A program made the translations under genes and the position numbers. From an uncultured delta proteobacterium (GTDB lineage: Bacteria; Desulfobacterota; WTBG01; CAIYCZ01; CAIRTM01): 64,000 nt of DNA. How positions within the stretch are numbered: position 1 is the stretch's first letter; every line of letters starts with the position of its first letter. The DNA is taken from NCBI GenBank assembly GCA_903881505.1, contig CAIRTM010000091.1:2281-66280 (forward strand), read 5' to 3'. Under the pieces are notes generated by a model. That model had not been told where the DNA came from, searched no databases, and saw only the letters and a list, made by a program, of their open reading frames with translations. Positions 1 through 9,989 of the stretch are shown here, piece by piece.

Positions 1-1023
1 TTTAATTTTGATGCGATTGATTATGCGCTGCGAGTCGAGCGCACGGGCGCGCAGCGCCTGCTGCTCAACGGGACTTTTGCGCAGGCGCTGCTGTTCGTTC
101 AGGGAGCTGTGGCGGCGCCTGACGGTTCCCCGGCGCAGAGCGGGCGCATGAGCCCTTTCCCGGAGCGGCTGCCGGGCGATGTTGCCGGCTGCACGGGGCC
201 GGGCGCACAAATTCCTGCCGATGATCCTGTGGTTGCCGGGCTGGCAGCCGGACTGGTGCGGCCGGAATCCAAAAGCGACATGTACGCCGTTCTGCGCGAT
301 ATCGTGTATTCCGCTCCTGTGCAGAGCCTGCAGATCGAAACAGCTGCCGGCAGCGGCGCTGCCGGAGCTCTTGATGCGCTGCGCTCGGGGAAAGGCGACC
401 GGCAGGCCAGGGCGCGGCTGCTGTGTGCTCTCCTGCGAGCCGCGGGCCTGCCCGCGCGGCTGGTGTTGGACATAAACGAAGGGGTGTGGTGCCAGGCCTG
501 GGTTGCGAACCGCGGCTGGATTTCAATCGAAAGCACCTTCCCGGTGTTCGATTATATCAGGCCGGTCCGGACAGGCCTGCCCAAAAAACTGTCCCCGTCC
601 GAACATGCTGTCGCCTGCCTGTCGGGCAGGGATGACACGCCGGGCGCGCTTTCCTGGGACACGGGCCTGAGCGCTTCGAAACGCGCCGTGCCGGCCGATG
701 AGCTGAAGCAGCCCGGCCGCCTGCGCGACGCGCGCATGCTGATCGCCCCGGTCTATGAAGACGCGGCAACGCCCGCAGCTGGAAAAATTCCGCTTGCCGA
801 CGGCATCGTTTTGCATGCCCGTCAGCGCGGCGCCGCAGTCCAGATGGTGTTCGAGGACGTGCAGGGCCGCGAGCTGCACGCGTTCACGCCCGCCCTTGAC
901 GGTCTGTCAAGCGCGCTCAACGTGAACGACCGGCTTTTGTGGCGCTTTATCGCCCGCAGGCTCGGCTCCCTGCTGGTTATTGAAAACATAGAATGTAAAG
1001 AATACCGGGCCGGTCAGCAGTAG
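1..1023 (+). CDS. Transglutaminase-like domain protein, 5'-truncated at the window edge, probably catalytically inactive
   Basis: Frame is open from base 1 to TAG 1021-1023. GKGDRQARARLLCALLRAAGLPARLV...WCQAWV...GWISIE resembles the transglutaminase core, but GDC reads GDR. Confidence 0.6.
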   Translation, partial: FNFDAIDYALRVERTGAQRLLLNGTFAQALLFVQGAVAAPDGSPAQSGRMSPFPERLPGDVAGCTGPGAQIPADDPVVAGLAAGLVRPESKSDMYAVLRDIVYSAPVQSLQIETAAGSGAAGALDALRSGKGDRQARARLLCALLRAAGLPARLVLDINEGVWCQAWVANRGWISIESTFPVFDYIRPVRTGLPKKLSPSEHAVACLSGRDDTPGALSWDTGLSASKRAVPADELKQPGRLRDARMLIAPVYEDAATPAAGKIPLADGIVLHARQRGAAVQMVFEDVQGRELHAFTPALDGLSSALNVNDRLLWRFIARRLGSLLVIENIECKEYRAGQQ

Positions 1024-1044
1024 GGGCAGGCCCCTGTGCCGTGC
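1020..1044 (+). repeat. GTAG-type REP-like palindrome, copy 1
   Basis: GTAGGGGCAGGCCCCTGTGCC overlaps the stop codon. A near-identical copy lies at 7058-7083. Confidence 0.55.
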
Positions 1045-1089
1045 ACGCCGGTGCAGAGTCAAAAAAATAAGGCGTTCAAGGTTCAAAAA

Positions 1090-1135
1090 ATCGCTATCGG
1101 GATCGGTATAGAACTCGGTTTCCGAACGGTAGCGA
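1090..1135. repeat. ATCGNN hexamer-periodic repeat
   Basis: ATCGCT ATCGGG ATCGGT ATAGAA CTCGGT followed by a degenerate inverted arm. Same family as 59284-59355. Confidence 0.5.
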
Positions 1136-1157
1136 AAAATTTTTACCCCTGTGCTGA

Positions 1158-1278
1158 AGGGGTTGTAAAAAGTCGTCACACCGGCGGAGGCCGGTGTCCA
1201 GTGTCGTTACGGTCATCCAAAACTCCGGCTTCCGCCGGAATGACGAAAACTAAACACAGGTGTTTCTCAACACCCTGT
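1158..1278. repeat. MITE/REP-like composite palindromic element upstream of comEC
   Basis: Two inverted hairpins (CGTCACACCGGCGGAGGCCGGTGTCCAG and CTCCGGCTTCCGCCGGAATGACG) lie between imperfect terminal inverted ends AGGGGTTGTAAAAA and TTTCTCAACACCCT. Confidence 0.5.
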
Positions 1279-1296
1279 CATGCGGGGAGGGGCGCA

Positions 1297-3753
1297 ATGC
1301 TGCGACGGCCGTCTGCCGTGCTCGCGCTTGCTTACGGCGCGGGCATTTTCATTGAACGCTATTACCCCGTATCCAGCCGGGCTCTCCTTGGAGCAGGCGC
1401 AGGCGCGCTTGTTCTGGCGCTTGCCTGCGTGTGCCTGCGCCGCGCAACCACAGGCGCGGCTGCGGTTGTACTGCTCGCCGCTGTCCTGGGCGGCCTTGCC
1501 TACGCGCCCTTCCACGATCTGCCCGCATCCGTCAAACAGCTTGAGGCCTGGCTGCACAGGCCCGTTTTCGTCGAAGCCGGGGTCAGGCGCGTTGAACCGC
1601 TTGCCTCAGGCGCGCTCAGGCTGACGCTCGACTATGACAGCATTGAAACCGCTGATGAACAGCTTGCGTGCAGCGGCCGCATGCAGGCAACCCTGCAAAA
1701 AGCTTCCCGTGAGTACCGCTACGGACAGCGCCTGCGCTTGAGCTGCCGTTTGCGGCGCCCGCGCAATTTCAACAACCCGGGCGGCTTCGATTATGAGCGC
1801 TTTCTGGCGCATCGCGCCATATACGTCACCGCCTTCCTGGCCGATGACCGCGGCGTCATCGTACTGCGCGAAAAAGCAGGGCGGCATTTGCTGCGCGGCC
1901 TTGAGCGCTATCGCTCCGCGCTGCGCCGCCTGATCTGCGAACATCTTGATGCGCCTGAGCGCGACCTTGTGCTGGCGCTTCTGCTGGGTGAAAAACAAAC
2001 TCTGGATGCGCAGATTAAAGACCGGTTTGCCCGTTTGGGCGTCGCGCATCTGCTGGCGATTTCAGGGCTGCACATCGGCATCGTGTACGGCCTGGCGTTC
2101 GCGCTGGCCTGCTTTCTGCTGCGGCGGCTCCCGCGTCTGTTTCTCTATGTCGTTCTCTGGAAGGCGGCTGCCGTGCTTGCGCTCGTGCCGGTTGCCGTAT
2201 ACTGTTGCATCGCCGGCCTTCAGATTCCCACCCTGCGCTCCGGTATCATGATAGCGGCCTGTATCGCCTGCCTGCTGATGAACCGGCGCCAGGACGCCCT
2301 CAACGCACTCGGCCTGGCCTGTGCTGCCATCCTCGTATGGATGCCGGTCTCGCTGTTTGAAATTTCATTTCAGCTCTCGTTCGGGGCGGTTCTGTTCCTC
2401 ATTCTGTACGCAGCACCCGCGCAGAAGCTGATTTCGCTCATCGAGGGGGCTGATGCCGGGCGCAGCCGGCCTGCGGCGCTGCGGATGTTCCGGTTCCTGG
2501 CCGGAACCCTGGCTGCGTCGGTGATTGCCTCCGCTGCCACCGCGCCGCTCACTGCCCTGTATTTCCAGCAGCTTTCCCTTGCAGGCATACTTTCCAACTG
2601 TATTCTGATTCCCGCGATCGGGTTCGGTGCCGTGCCCTGCGCGCTTGGGGCGGCCGTGCTGCTTCCGCTGAGCGAAACCGCCTCAGCCGGGCTTTTGCAC
2701 ACAGCTGCGCTCATCCTGGATCAGTCCCTGGTGTGGATCGGCTGCTGGTCTGAGATTCCCATGGTATGCGCACGGGTCGCGCCGCCTTCGGCTGGGGCAA
2801 TGGCCGCCTGTTACGCAGCGCTGACGCTTGTGCCGCTGTGCCTGCGCAAGCGCCGCATTGCGTGCGCCTGCCTTCTGTGCGCTGCGGCTGTCGCGCTGTG
2901 GCTGTGGCCGCAGGACAGCCGGCATGAAGGCTGCCTGCGCGTAACATTTCTGGATGTGGGCCACGGCGATGCGGCCGTCATTGAGTTTCCGCAGGGCCGC
3001 GTCATGCTGATCGACAGCGGGGGGGTGCGCTCGGACCGGTTTGACACGGGCGAGTCGATTGTCGTGCCGGCCCTGCACGCGATGGGTGTCCTGGATATTG
3101 CGTGGCTGGTGATCAGCCATGCGCATCATGATCACATGGCAGGAATGCCGGCGGTTATGGCGGCTTTTAAGGCCGCGGAATTGTGGGTGCCTTCAGACGA
3201 CTGTCGAGACCCCTTTTTCACATCGATTATCCATGATGCCCGCAGGAAGGGTGTCGCCGTCCGGGCCCTCAACAGCGCATCGCAACCGGTCATTATTGAC
3301 GGCGCACGGGTTGAGTTTTTGAGCCCTGATCCTTCCCGGGCGGGCGGTGCCCGGGCGTACAATGACGTAAATGACAGCTCCCTTGTCATCAAAATCAGCT
3401 ACGGCGCTCATGCGTTTCTGTTTGCCGGCGATATCGGGGCGCGGCAGGAGCAGGCATTGCTGGGAAAACCCGCCGATCTGAGGGCGCAGGTGCTCAAGGT
3501 TGCGCATCACGGCAAGCGCGGATCGAGCACGCCCGTGTTTCTGGATGCGGTGGAGCCTGAATGTGCGGTCTTCAGCTGCCGCCCCTCTGCCGGTCACGAC
3601 CTGCCCGGCGATGTTGTGGCCCGCTACCGGGAGCGCTCTGTCCTGCAGCTGCGCACCGATGCGCACGGCGCCATCCGTTTCATCAGCGACGGCGGCCGCC
3701 TTGAAATACATACGTTTCTGCCGCACGGAAAATTTACCGCGGTCCGGCATTAA
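1297..3753 (+). CDS. comEC: DNA uptake competence protein ComEC/Rec2
   Basis: Motifs NPGGFDYERFL, GVAHLLAISGLHIG, SFQLSF; C-terminal MBL domain with FLDVGHGD, SHAHHDH, LKVAHHG. Start moved to ATG 1297, after the repeat cluster. Confidence 0.93.
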   Translation: MLRRPSAVLALAYGAGIFIERYYPVSSRALLGAGAGALVLALACVCLRRATTGAAAVVLLAAVLGGLAYAPFHDLPASVKQLEAWLHRPVFVEAGVRRVEPLASGALRLTLDYDSIETADEQLACSGRMQATLQKASREYRYGQRLRLSCRLRRPRNFNNPGGFDYERFLAHRAIYVTAFLADDRGVIVLREKAGRHLLRGLERYRSALRRLICEHLDAPERDLVLALLLGEKQTLDAQIKDRFARLGVAHLLAISGLHIGIVYGLAFALACFLLRRLPRLFLYVVLWKAAAVLALVPVAVYCCIAGLQIPTLRSGIMIAACIACLLMNRRQDALNALGLACAAILVWMPVSLFEISFQLSFGAVLFLILYAAPAQKLISLIEGADAGRSRPAALRMFRFLAGTLAASVIASAATAPLTALYFQQLSLAGILSNCILIPAIGFGAVPCALGAAVLLPLSETASAGLLHTAALILDQSLVWIGCWSEIPMVCARVAPPSAGAMAACYAALTLVPLCLRKRRIACACLLCAAAVALWLWPQDSRHEGCLRVTFLDVGHGDAAVIEFPQGRVMLIDSGGVRSDRFDTGESIVVPALHAMGVLDIAWLVISHAHHDHMAGMPAVMAAFKAAELWVPSDDCRDPFFTSIIHDARRKGVAVRALNSASQPVIIDGARVEFLSPDPSRAGGARAYNDVNDSSLVIKISYGAHAFLFAGDIGARQEQALLGKPADLRAQVLKVAHHGKRGSSTPVFLDAVEPECAVFSCRPSAGHDLPGDVVARYRERSVLQLRTDAHGAIRFISDGGRLEIHTFLPHGKFTAVRH

Positions 3754-3758
3754 TCCAT

Positions 3759-3788
3759 TTGACATTCCTTCAGTATTGTATTTACAAT
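3759..3788 (+). promoter_or_regulatory. Putative sigma70 promoter of the LysM lipoprotein gene
   Basis: TTGACA-N18-TACAAT about 40 nt upstream of ATG 3830. Confidence 0.5.
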
Positions 3789-3829
3789 GAAACCATGGCT
3801 GAGAAAATGTTTTCGAAAGAAGCCCTTGT

Positions 3830-4915
3830 ATGAAAAAACATGGACGGCACGCCCTGCGCGTTGTTGTTGGCACTGTGCTGGCCTGCGGCCTGCTGAGCTG
3901 CCGCAGCATCCCGCTGCGCGAGCTTGCAATCAACGATATCGACAACGCGGAACAGGCCCTGCAGCAGGCGCAAACCGCTGAAGCGCCTGTATATCTTCCG
4001 GAACAGTATCTGGAGGCCGGCATGCTTGTGCGCCGGGCCCGCAGCAGCCTGCAGGCCGAAGAGTACAGCCAGTCGCGCGATTTTTCACGGCGTTCCCGGG
4101 AGGCTGTCCAGCGGACCATGGAGGAGCTGGACAAGGAACGGCAGCGCGTAAAAGAGCTGGCCATGCGATTGCTGTTCAGCGCCAACCAGGCCTGGGACAG
4201 CTATGCCCAGAGCCCTGACAAGGAATACGCCAGCGATGAACTCATCGAGATCAGGCAGCTTCTGGACAGCGCGCAGGCAGATCTCAACACGCAAAAATAT
4301 ATGGACGGCCTGAAAAAAGTCCAGAAGGCGCACGGGAAAATAACCGGGCTGCCGGAGGCGATTGCACGGGGCCGGATCGTAAGGATGGAGCAGGAGAAAA
4401 AACGCCAGAAGGCCCAGAAAACCGGCGAGGAAATCATCGCCGAGGCCAACCGTACGGCCGAAGAAATTATCAAGGCCGCCCGCGCCCAGCGCGACCAGCT
4501 GCTGGCTGAAACCGCGGAGCTTGCCGCGTATGCGCGCCGCGTTGAATTCGAGCGCATGTTTCCATCGACCTACAAGGTCGCCAGCGGCGAAACCCTGCTC
4601 GATATCGCCAAGCGGCATGAGATATTTAACGACAAATTCATGTGGCCGCTGCTGTACAAGGCCAACCGCGACCAGATCCGCGATCCCAAGGTCGTGTTCC
4701 CGGGCCAGATGCTCACGGTCCCGCGAGATATCACCTATGAGGAAGTTATAGAGGCCCGCAAAATGGCGGAAGCTCCGCCGCCGTATGATCCCCCCGAAAC
4801 CGCCTATACCCCCGCGGTGTATCAGCGCTACATGCAGATCCTGCCCCCCGAGCAGGCTGTGTCTGAAGTGCCCGGGCTGCCCGAACCCGTGCCCGCGCCC
4901 CTTCCCCTGAACTGA
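3830..4915 (+). CDS. Lipoprotein with DUF4398-like helical region and LysM domain
   Basis: Lipobox-like LLSC, coiled-coil middle, LysM motif YKVASGETLLDIA...WPLLYKANRDQIRDPKVVFPGQMLTVP. Confidence 0.8.
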   Translation: MKKHGRHALRVVVGTVLACGLLSCRSIPLRELAINDIDNAEQALQQAQTAEAPVYLPEQYLEAGMLVRRARSSLQAEEYSQSRDFSRRSREAVQRTMEELDKERQRVKELAMRLLFSANQAWDSYAQSPDKEYASDELIEIRQLLDSAQADLNTQKYMDGLKKVQKAHGKITGLPEAIARGRIVRMEQEKKRQKAQKTGEEIIAEANRTAEEIIKAARAQRDQLLAETAELAAYARRVEFERMFPSTYKVASGETLLDIAKRHEIFNDKFMWPLLYKANRDQIRDPKVVFPGQMLTVPRDITYEEVIEARKMAEAPPPYDPPETAYTPAVYQRYMQILPPEQAVSEVPGLPEPVPAPLPLN

Positions 4916-4958
4916 ATCCTGACATCACCGGCGCGGCCGTCCCCGGCCGTTTTCCATT

Positions 4959-6017
4959 CTATCGGGGCGCGTCCCCGCCGGCGCTGCGGCCGAGCTGGCC
5001 GCAGGCGGCCGCTATATCTGCGCCCTTGCTGCGCCTGATAGGGGCCGTGTAGTTGTTCGCAACGAGAATGCTTTGAAAGCCGGCAAGCCGCCGCTCCGCG
5101 GGAGCGCGCACATCGCTTCCCGAATGCTCGTTGAAGGGGATGAGGTTGATCTTGCAGCGCAGGCCCTTGAGCAGCCCTGCCAGGGCGCGTGCATGGCGGT
5201 CGCTGTCATTGACATCGCGCATCAGGATATATTCAAAGGTAATGCGCTTGCGGGGCGGCAGCGGGTAGCCGCGCAGGGCCTCCAGCAGGATCGCAAGCGG
5301 ATAGGTTCTATTGATCGGCATCAGGGTGCTGCGAAGTTCATCATCAGGCGCGTTCAGCGAAACAGCCAGGTTCACGTCCGTGTCGCGGCCCAGCGCTGCG
5401 ATTCCGGGCACAAGGCCGCAGGTTGAAACGGTTATCTTGCGATGCGAGTAGTTCAGGCCGTGTTCATCCTGCAGAATGCGTATGCTGGTGATCAGGTTGT
5501 CGTAATTGGCAAGCGGCTCCCCCATGCCCATGTAGACGATATTGGGCAGGCGCTCCGCCAGACCGTGCTCCCGGACGATCGCGAGGACCTGGCCCACTAT
5601 CTCGCCGGGGCGCAGGTTGCGCACCAGGCCGAGCTGCCCGGTACAGCAGAAGCTGCACCCCATGGCGCAGCCGATCTGCGTCGAGATGCACAGGGTCAGG
5701 TGCCGGCGCTCGGGGATAAGCACGCTTTCTATGCCGTGCCCGTCGGCGGTCTTGAAAACATATTTGCGCGACCCGTCCTTTGAACTTTCAGTGCGGAAGG
5801 GTTCAAAGGCTCTGATGGCAAATGTTTCCTGCAGCTGTGCGCGCACGCTTTGAGGCAGGCTGGTCATCTGGTCAGAATTCGCGGCCTGTTTTTGATGCAG
5901 CCAGCTGAAAAGCTGGCGGGCGCGGAACGGCGGCAAACCCATCTGCTGCAGGGCTTCGCTCAGTTCCGGCAGGCTGTAGTCTCTTGGATCGTGCATGCAG
6001 CCGGGATCTTTCTTCAT
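4959..6017 (-). CDS. rlmN: 23S rRNA/tRNA m2A methyltransferase RlmN
   Basis: CISTQIGCAMGCSFC radical SAM motif, MGMGEPL, INLIPFN, DIAAACGQL. Confidence 0.95.
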   Translation of the reverse strand: MKKDPGCMHDPRDYSLPELSEALQQMGLPPFRARQLFSWLHQKQAANSDQMTSLPQSVRAQLQETFAIRAFEPFRTESSKDGSRKYVFKTADGHGIESVLIPERRHLTLCISTQIGCAMGCSFCCTGQLGLVRNLRPGEIVGQVLAIVREHGLAERLPNIVYMGMGEPLANYDNLITSIRILQDEHGLNYSHRKITVSTCGLVPGIAALGRDTDVNLAVSLNAPDDELRSTLMPINRTYPLAILLEALRGYPLPPRKRITFEYILMRDVNDSDRHARALAGLLKGLRCKINLIPFNEHSGSDVRAPAERRLAGFQSILVANNYTAPIRRSKGADIAAACGQLGRSAGGDAPR

Positions 6018-7042
6018 GGTTGACCGGGTGTGCGCTCGCGCAGCAGTTCTTCGTAGAGCCCGATATAGCCTCCGGTCATGCGCTGCAGGCTGAAGCGCTC
6101 CACAATGCGCTGCCGCGCGGCCGCTCCCATGGCGGCCCGTTGGCCGGGGCGTGCGCGCAGCTGCTGAATCGCGCGAGCAAACTCAGCGACGCTGTCCGGC
6201 GCGCACAAAAACCCGTGCTCTCCGCTGGAAACAAGCTCCGGCAGGGCCGAGCAGCGGGTGGATACAACCGGTTTCGCGCAGGCCATTGCCTCGGCCGCGC
6301 TCAGGCCGAAGCCCTCAAGGCGCGTGGGAAAAAGCAGCATGTCGCACAGATTGTAGATTTCCGGCAGCTGCGCCGGCGGAACCGACCCGAGGTTCAGGCA
6401 GTTTTCAACCGGCAGGGGCCTTGTCCCGCGCATGCCGCAGGTCAATATCAGCAGATGTCCGGGCCCCAGCGCGCGCATGATTTCCGGCAGCAGGTCGGCG
6501 CCCTTGCGCCTGATCGGGTTGCCGGTGAACAAAAGCACGGTCGTATCGGGCGCGATAGCGTATTTTTCGCGCGCCGCCGGGCCTGGCCTGAAAACATCCG
6601 TGTCAACGCCGTTATAGATCAGGCGCGCGTTATTGAATCCGAACACGCGGCCGAGTTCGCCCCGGGTATATTCGCTCGGGCATACAACGGCTGCGGCATG
6701 CCGCAGGGCGCGCCGCTCCCAGCGCCTGAGCAGCAGGTGGTAGATGCGCTGCGCGGGCGTGCGGTAGCCAAGCCCGTGATCATGCACCACGTGATGAAAC
6801 GTGAACACAAAGGGCGTGCGCGAGGGATAATATCCGGTGAACGCATCGCCGTGCACGATGTCGGCGCCATTCGGACGGTCGGGGAACAGCATGCCCGCCT
6901 GCGGCAGCATGTCGACCCAGCGCGGCAGATAATCAACGCGCGCGCTGTGTCCCGCCCGGCCGAGCGCATCGGCAATGCCTGAGACAAGCACGTTGGCGCC
7001 GCCGCCCGAATCGGTGAGCCTGAAGTAAACGTTCATGTGCAA
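6014..7042 (-). CDS. Glycosyltransferase family 4
   Basis: IYNGVD, RKGAD, EGFGLSAAEAMAC GT-B motifs. Overlaps both neighbours in operon fashion. Confidence 0.9.
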   Translation of the reverse strand: MHMNVYFRLTDSGGGANVLVSGIADALGRAGHSARVDYLPRWVDMLPQAGMLFPDRPNGADIVHGDAFTGYYPSRTPFVFTFHHVVHDHGLGYRTPAQRIYHLLLRRWERRALRHAAAVVCPSEYTRGELGRVFGFNNARLIYNGVDTDVFRPGPAAREKYAIAPDTTVLLFTGNPIRRKGADLLPEIMRALGPGHLLILTCGMRGTRPLPVENCLNLGSVPPAQLPEIYNLCDMLLFPTRLEGFGLSAAEAMACAKPVVSTRCSALPELVSSGEHGFLCAPDSVAEFARAIQQLRARPGQRAAMGAAARQRIVERFSLQRMTGGYIGLYEELLRERTPGQP

Positions 7043-8184
7043 GGCTGGCTCGTGACCGCAGGGGCAGGCCCCTGTGCCTGCCCGCTGGTGTTTGCCCTGT
7101 CCGCGTCCCGCAGAACCGGCAGGGCCTTTTCAAGGATATCATCGGCCGTTATGTCGCGCATGCAGGCGTAGCCGCGTTCGCATATGATTTTCGGGCGGCG
7201 CGACTTCCAGGGATAGCTGGTGCAGGCGCGGCACGTGGCGGTGTGCGCCTGCACGACAAGATGCCGGTAGCCGAACGGGCACATGCGCTCAGGATCGGCC
7301 GGCCCGAAGAGCGCAACCGGCGGCGTGCCGACCGCCGCGGCCAGGTGCGCCAGTCCGGAATCCGAGCCGATATACAGGGCAGCGCGCTGCAGCAGGGCCG
7401 CGCTCGTGCCGAGGCTGCCGCGCAGCCGGATGCCGGACACGCCGGCAACGGGCTCAACGCGCAGCACCTCATCGGCAAGGCCGGGTTCATCCGGTCCTTC
7501 AATTACAATAAAGGGCCTGTCGGTTCGTTTGCGCAGCTCGCGCAAAAGCAGGCTGCAGTTCCCGGGCGGCCAGCGCTTCGCCGCGGCAAGGGCGGTGGCC
7601 CCGCTGCCGGCATGCACGATGACCGGCCTGCGCGGCATTTTTGTTAATCCGGCCTGCCGCAGCAGGACGGCGGCCGCGGCATGATCGGTTTCGTTCAGGG
7701 GGAACACGGGCGCCTCATCAGCGACAGGCACGGGTGCGCCGCCGGGATCAAGGCTTTTCAGGAGCAGAAGGTTCTGGTGGACATCGTGCAGGCCCGGCTG
7801 CGCCGCAACCGTTTCAAACCCGAGCGCGCGCCGGAAGAGGGACGGCTTCTCCGTGTAGGCATGCATGATCGTGCGCCGGGCATTGACGCAGGCGGCCATC
7901 AGCAGGTACTGCCAGCGGCGCGACGGGGCCGGGATCAGGAACATATCGCATCGCCGCAGGCGCAGCGCGATGCCCGCCCTGACAAGACCTGCTGTTCCGG
8001 CCGTGCACGCTATAACCTCTCCCACCTCGCTGAGGCGGCTGAACACCTCGGCGATCGCGGGAGACCCGGCCAGGGCCGTGATGCTGCATTCCGGGCGGCC
8101 TTGTTTGAGATGCCGAACCAGCGGCACGGCCAGCAGCGCGTTGCCGATGCCGGCAAACATGGGAACAACTATTTCGGGCGTCAT
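7033..8184 (-). CDS. Glycosyltransferase family 9 (heptosyltransferase-like)
   Basis: AGIGNALL, AKRWP, DSGLAHLAAAVGTPPVALFGP. Start placed at ATG 8184. Confidence 0.88.
   Translation of the reverse strand: MTPEIVVPMFAGIGNALLAVPLVRHLKQGRPECSITALAGSPAIAEVFSRLSEVGEVIACTAGTAGLVRAGIALRLRRCDMFLIPAPSRRWQYLLMAACVNARRTIMHAYTEKPSLFRRALGFETVAAQPGLHDVHQNLLLLKSLDPGGAPVPVADEAPVFPLNETDHAAAAVLLRQAGLTKMPRRPVIVHAGSGATALAAAKRWPPGNCSLLLRELRKRTDRPFIVIEGPDEPGLADEVLRVEPVAGVSGIRLRGSLGTSAALLQRAALYIGSDSGLAHLAAAVGTPPVALFGPADPERMCPFGYRHLVVQAHTATCRACTSYPWKSRRPKIICERGYACMRDITADDILEKALPVLRDADRANTSGQAQGPAPAVTSQPCT
7058..7083 (+). repeat. GTAG-type REP-like palindrome, copy 2, inside the GT9 C-terminal tail
   Basis: GCAGGGGCAGGCCCCTGTGCCTGCCC matches 1020-1044. 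Confidence 0.55.
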
Positions 8185-8375
8185 GTGCCTAAAAAATCGA
8201 TTCGTGCCGGATTGAAATGAGGGCAGGTGCGGCACTGCCGCTTCCTGCCGGGGTGTGTGCAGAATAGCAAAGCGCGCCCAATCAATCAAGCATGCAATCG
8301 GCCTTGCGCGCACGCGGGTTTTGCCCTAGACTGGGGCCTGTCAGGCAGGACATGCCTGCGCAGGGGGCTGCACGG

Positions 8376-9050
8376 ATGGCGGTATCGCTGAAAAAATACC
8401 TTATATGCGCGGTGATGCTGTGCCTGGCCGGCGCTGCCCGGGCCGGGACCTGGCAGGGAACCTGCGTGAGCGTTCTGGACGGGGACTCGCTGATGATCAC
8501 GGGCGCAGCCGGCAAAAAGGAAGTCAGGCTCTACGGCATTGACACGCCCGAGTTCGACCAGGCCTTCGGCAGGCAGGCCCGCAGCTGCACGCGCGGCCTT
8601 GTCCTCGACAAAAAGGTAACGGTAGAACCCTTTGAAATCGACAAGTACGGCCGCACGGTCGCAAAGGTGCGCACAGCTGAGGGGTGCGTAAATGAGCTCC
8701 TGGTCGCGCGGGGCTGTGCCTGGGTGTACCGGCGGTATTGCAGGCCCGGGGACATCACGGCATGGGCTGCCCTTGAGGAAAAAGCCCGGCAGCAGGGCCT
8801 GGGCCTGTGGTCGCAGCCAGGCCCGGTGCCCCCGTGGGATTTCCGGAGCACAAAGCGCGCGCAGGAAAACAAACAGGTTAAAAAAACCGGCGCCGCAGCG
8901 GGCTTCTATCACGGCAATACCGGTTCGCGCGTGTTCCACGCGCCCGGCTGCACGGCCTATGATTGTAAGAACTGCACTGCGGCTTTCAACAGCCTCGGCG
9001 AGGCCCTGCGCGCGGGCTACAGCCCCTGTAAAAAGTGCATCGATAATTAA
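8376..9050 (+). CDS. Secreted thermonuclease (SNase) with C-terminal Ada-type metal-binding domain
   Basis: Signal peptide, VLDGDSL, VRLYGIDTPE, DKYGRTVA; C-terminal FHAPGC...GYSPCKKC. Confidence 0.88.
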   Translation: MAVSLKKYLICAVMLCLAGAARAGTWQGTCVSVLDGDSLMITGAAGKKEVRLYGIDTPEFDQAFGRQARSCTRGLVLDKKVTVEPFEIDKYGRTVAKVRTAEGCVNELLVARGCAWVYRRYCRPGDITAWAALEEKARQQGLGLWSQPGPVPPWDFRSTKRAQENKQVKKTGAAAGFYHGNTGSRVFHAPGCTAYDCKNCTAAFNSLGEALRAGYSPCKKCIDN

Positions 9051-9080
9051 ACAGCCCTGATGTATGAGCGGACCCGTCAT

Positions 9081-9809
9081 ATGATCACATCCGCGGCCAA
9101 CGCCAAAATCAAGCACCTCCACAAGCTGATCAGCGACAGGAAATACCGCTATCAGGAGAAACAGTTCGTCGTCGAAGGCTATCGCCAGCTTGAAGGCGCC
9201 CGGGCCGTGCTCGGTGTATACGTGTCAAGCGCGGCGAAGGCGCCGGACCTCGGCGTGCCGCCCGAAAACATGCATATCGTCGAGGAGAAAATTTTTAACC
9301 GGCTGGCTGATACCGAAAACACGCAGGGCGTGCTGGCCGTGTGCGCGCTTGCCTTCGAGACTGCACTCAGCGCAGGCAAAAACTATGTGCTGCTGGACGG
9401 CCTGCAGGACCCCGGCAATGCCGGCACCATTATCCGCACGGCCGCGGCCTTCGGCTACGGCGGCGTCATTTTCACCCCCGGCTGCGTTGACCCGTTTTCC
9501 CCCAAGGTGGTGCGCGCAACCATGGGCGCCATATTCGCGTGCGCCATTGTCCTGCTGGATGATTTTCAGCAGCTGCAGGGCTGCCATGTCGTTTCGGCCG
9601 ATATCGGCGGGCCCGACATCGCAGCCGTGAAGGTTGAGCGCCCTCACATACTTGCCATCGGCAGCGAGGCCCGGGGCTTCTCGGCCGGGCTGCGGCCCTG
9701 GATCAGCCGGACCGTGACCATTCCGTTTCAAACCGGCTCGGTTAATTCGCTCAACGCGGCCGTGGCCGCGGGCATTGCTATGTATGCGCTGACCAAGGGC
9801 ACGCAGTGA
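9081..9809 (+). CDS. TrmH/SpoU family RNA methyltransferase
   Basis: LQDPGNAGTIIRTA, GSEARG, SLNAAVAAGI SPOUT motifs. Alternative start at 9060. Confidence 0.9.
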   Translation: MITSAANAKIKHLHKLISDRKYRYQEKQFVVEGYRQLEGARAVLGVYVSSAAKAPDLGVPPENMHIVEEKIFNRLADTENTQGVLAVCALAFETALSAGKNYVLLDGLQDPGNAGTIIRTAAAFGYGGVIFTPGCVDPFSPKVVRATMGAIFACAIVLLDDFQQLQGCHVVSADIGGPDIAAVKVERPHILAIGSEARGFSAGLRPWISRTVTIPFQTGSVNSLNAAVAAGIAMYALTKGTQ

Positions 9810-9989
9810 CGCCTAAAACCGGAGCCGCCTTGGCCCGCGGCCGGGCGTGCGCGGTTGTGCGGCAGGGGGTGAAGGGCGGAGCTGCGCCTGTCATGAGTGT
9901 GTAGGTCCAGGCCAGAAACCTCACTTTATCCTCAGCGCCGCTGCGCGAGCTATCGCCTTTCATCTAAAACCTTGCCTCCCGCTGAGGCG

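Noticed and set aside
1036-1296. Long N-terminal extension of ComEC
   Set aside because: It is translated repeat DNA (IAIGIGIE and hairpins). ComEC-like sequence starts at 1297.
9778-9963. Continuation of the integrase in the short minus-strand ORF
   Set aside because: No recognisable tyrosine recombinase motifs beyond about 9990.
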